NCBI GenBank assembly: GCA_034780895.1
Contig: JAUZTB010000001.1
Span: forward strand, 39,605,829-39,669,828
Direction of reading: 5' to 3'
Source of the DNA: Rhynchobatus australiae
Taxonomy: Eukaryota
Length of the DNA: 64,000 nucleotides
Made by a program: the position numbers and the translations under genes. Position 1 is the stretch's first letter. Each line of letters opens with the position of its first letter. Below are positions 63,650-64,000 of this stretch, piece after piece. The notes below the pieces were generated by a model that had not been told where the DNA came from, ran no database searches, and saw only the letters and a program-made list of their open reading frames with translations.

Positions 63650-64000
63650 CCTACCAGTTCCCCTCCACCACCAGCCTTCTCCCTCTGGCAGAACTGGTAC
63701 TCACCCTTTACAACTTCTCTTTTGGCTCCTCCCAGTCTCTGCATACCAAAAGTGTAGCTATGGGCACTCACATGGGCCCCAGCTGTGCCTTCCTTTTTGC
63801 TGGCTACATGGAACAATCCATGTTCCAAATCTACACTGGTAATGCTCCCCAACTCTTTCTCCACTACACTGACGACTGCATTGGGGCTTCTTCCTGCACA
63901 CATGCGAAGCTCATCAATTTCATCAACTTTGCCACCAACTTCCACCCTGCCCTCAAATTCACTTGGTCCATTTCTCGGTCTCCATTTCTGGAAACAGATT
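63650..64000 (+). mobile_element. Penelope-like reverse transcriptase fragment, continues beyond the window
   Basis: Hand translation from 63745: TKSVAMGTHMGPSCAFLFAGYMEQSMFQIYTGNAPQLFLHYTDDCIGASSCTHAKLINFINFATNFHPALKFTWSIS, containing the xMG motif and YxDD. Confidence 0.88.

Noticed and set aside
63559-63945. 128-aa minus ORF (and 143-511, 43435-43773, 44087-44377 on +) as novel genes
   Set aside because: These are antisense shadows of Penelope coding relics.

Overview
Eukaryotic, AT-rich, gapped draft-assembly window. The repeat content (V-SINE/HE1-like plus CR1/HER1-like tails, Deu-domain SINE relics, Penelope-like elements) points to a cartilaginous fish; this is inferred from recalled consensus sequences, not a search. 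The only host gene evidence is three internal minus-strand coding exons of a polypeptide N-acetylgalactosaminyltransferase of the GALNT13/GALNT1 subfamily: 21010-20844, 7999-7792 and 1716-1546, with canonical AG/GT sites, compatible phases and an intact DXH motif. The rest appears intronic and is filled with degenerate retroelements (CR1, a second CR1/L2-clade LINE, Rex/Babar-like, L2, RTE, Penelope-like), SINEs and small TIR elements, several of them nested. The most interesting signal is a family of short, often fold-back elements derived from Penelope 3' ends that carry decayed minimal hammerhead-ribozyme cores. I found no convincing new protein-coding system. Repeat boundaries are by-eye estimates (tens of bp) unless exact motifs are quoted.
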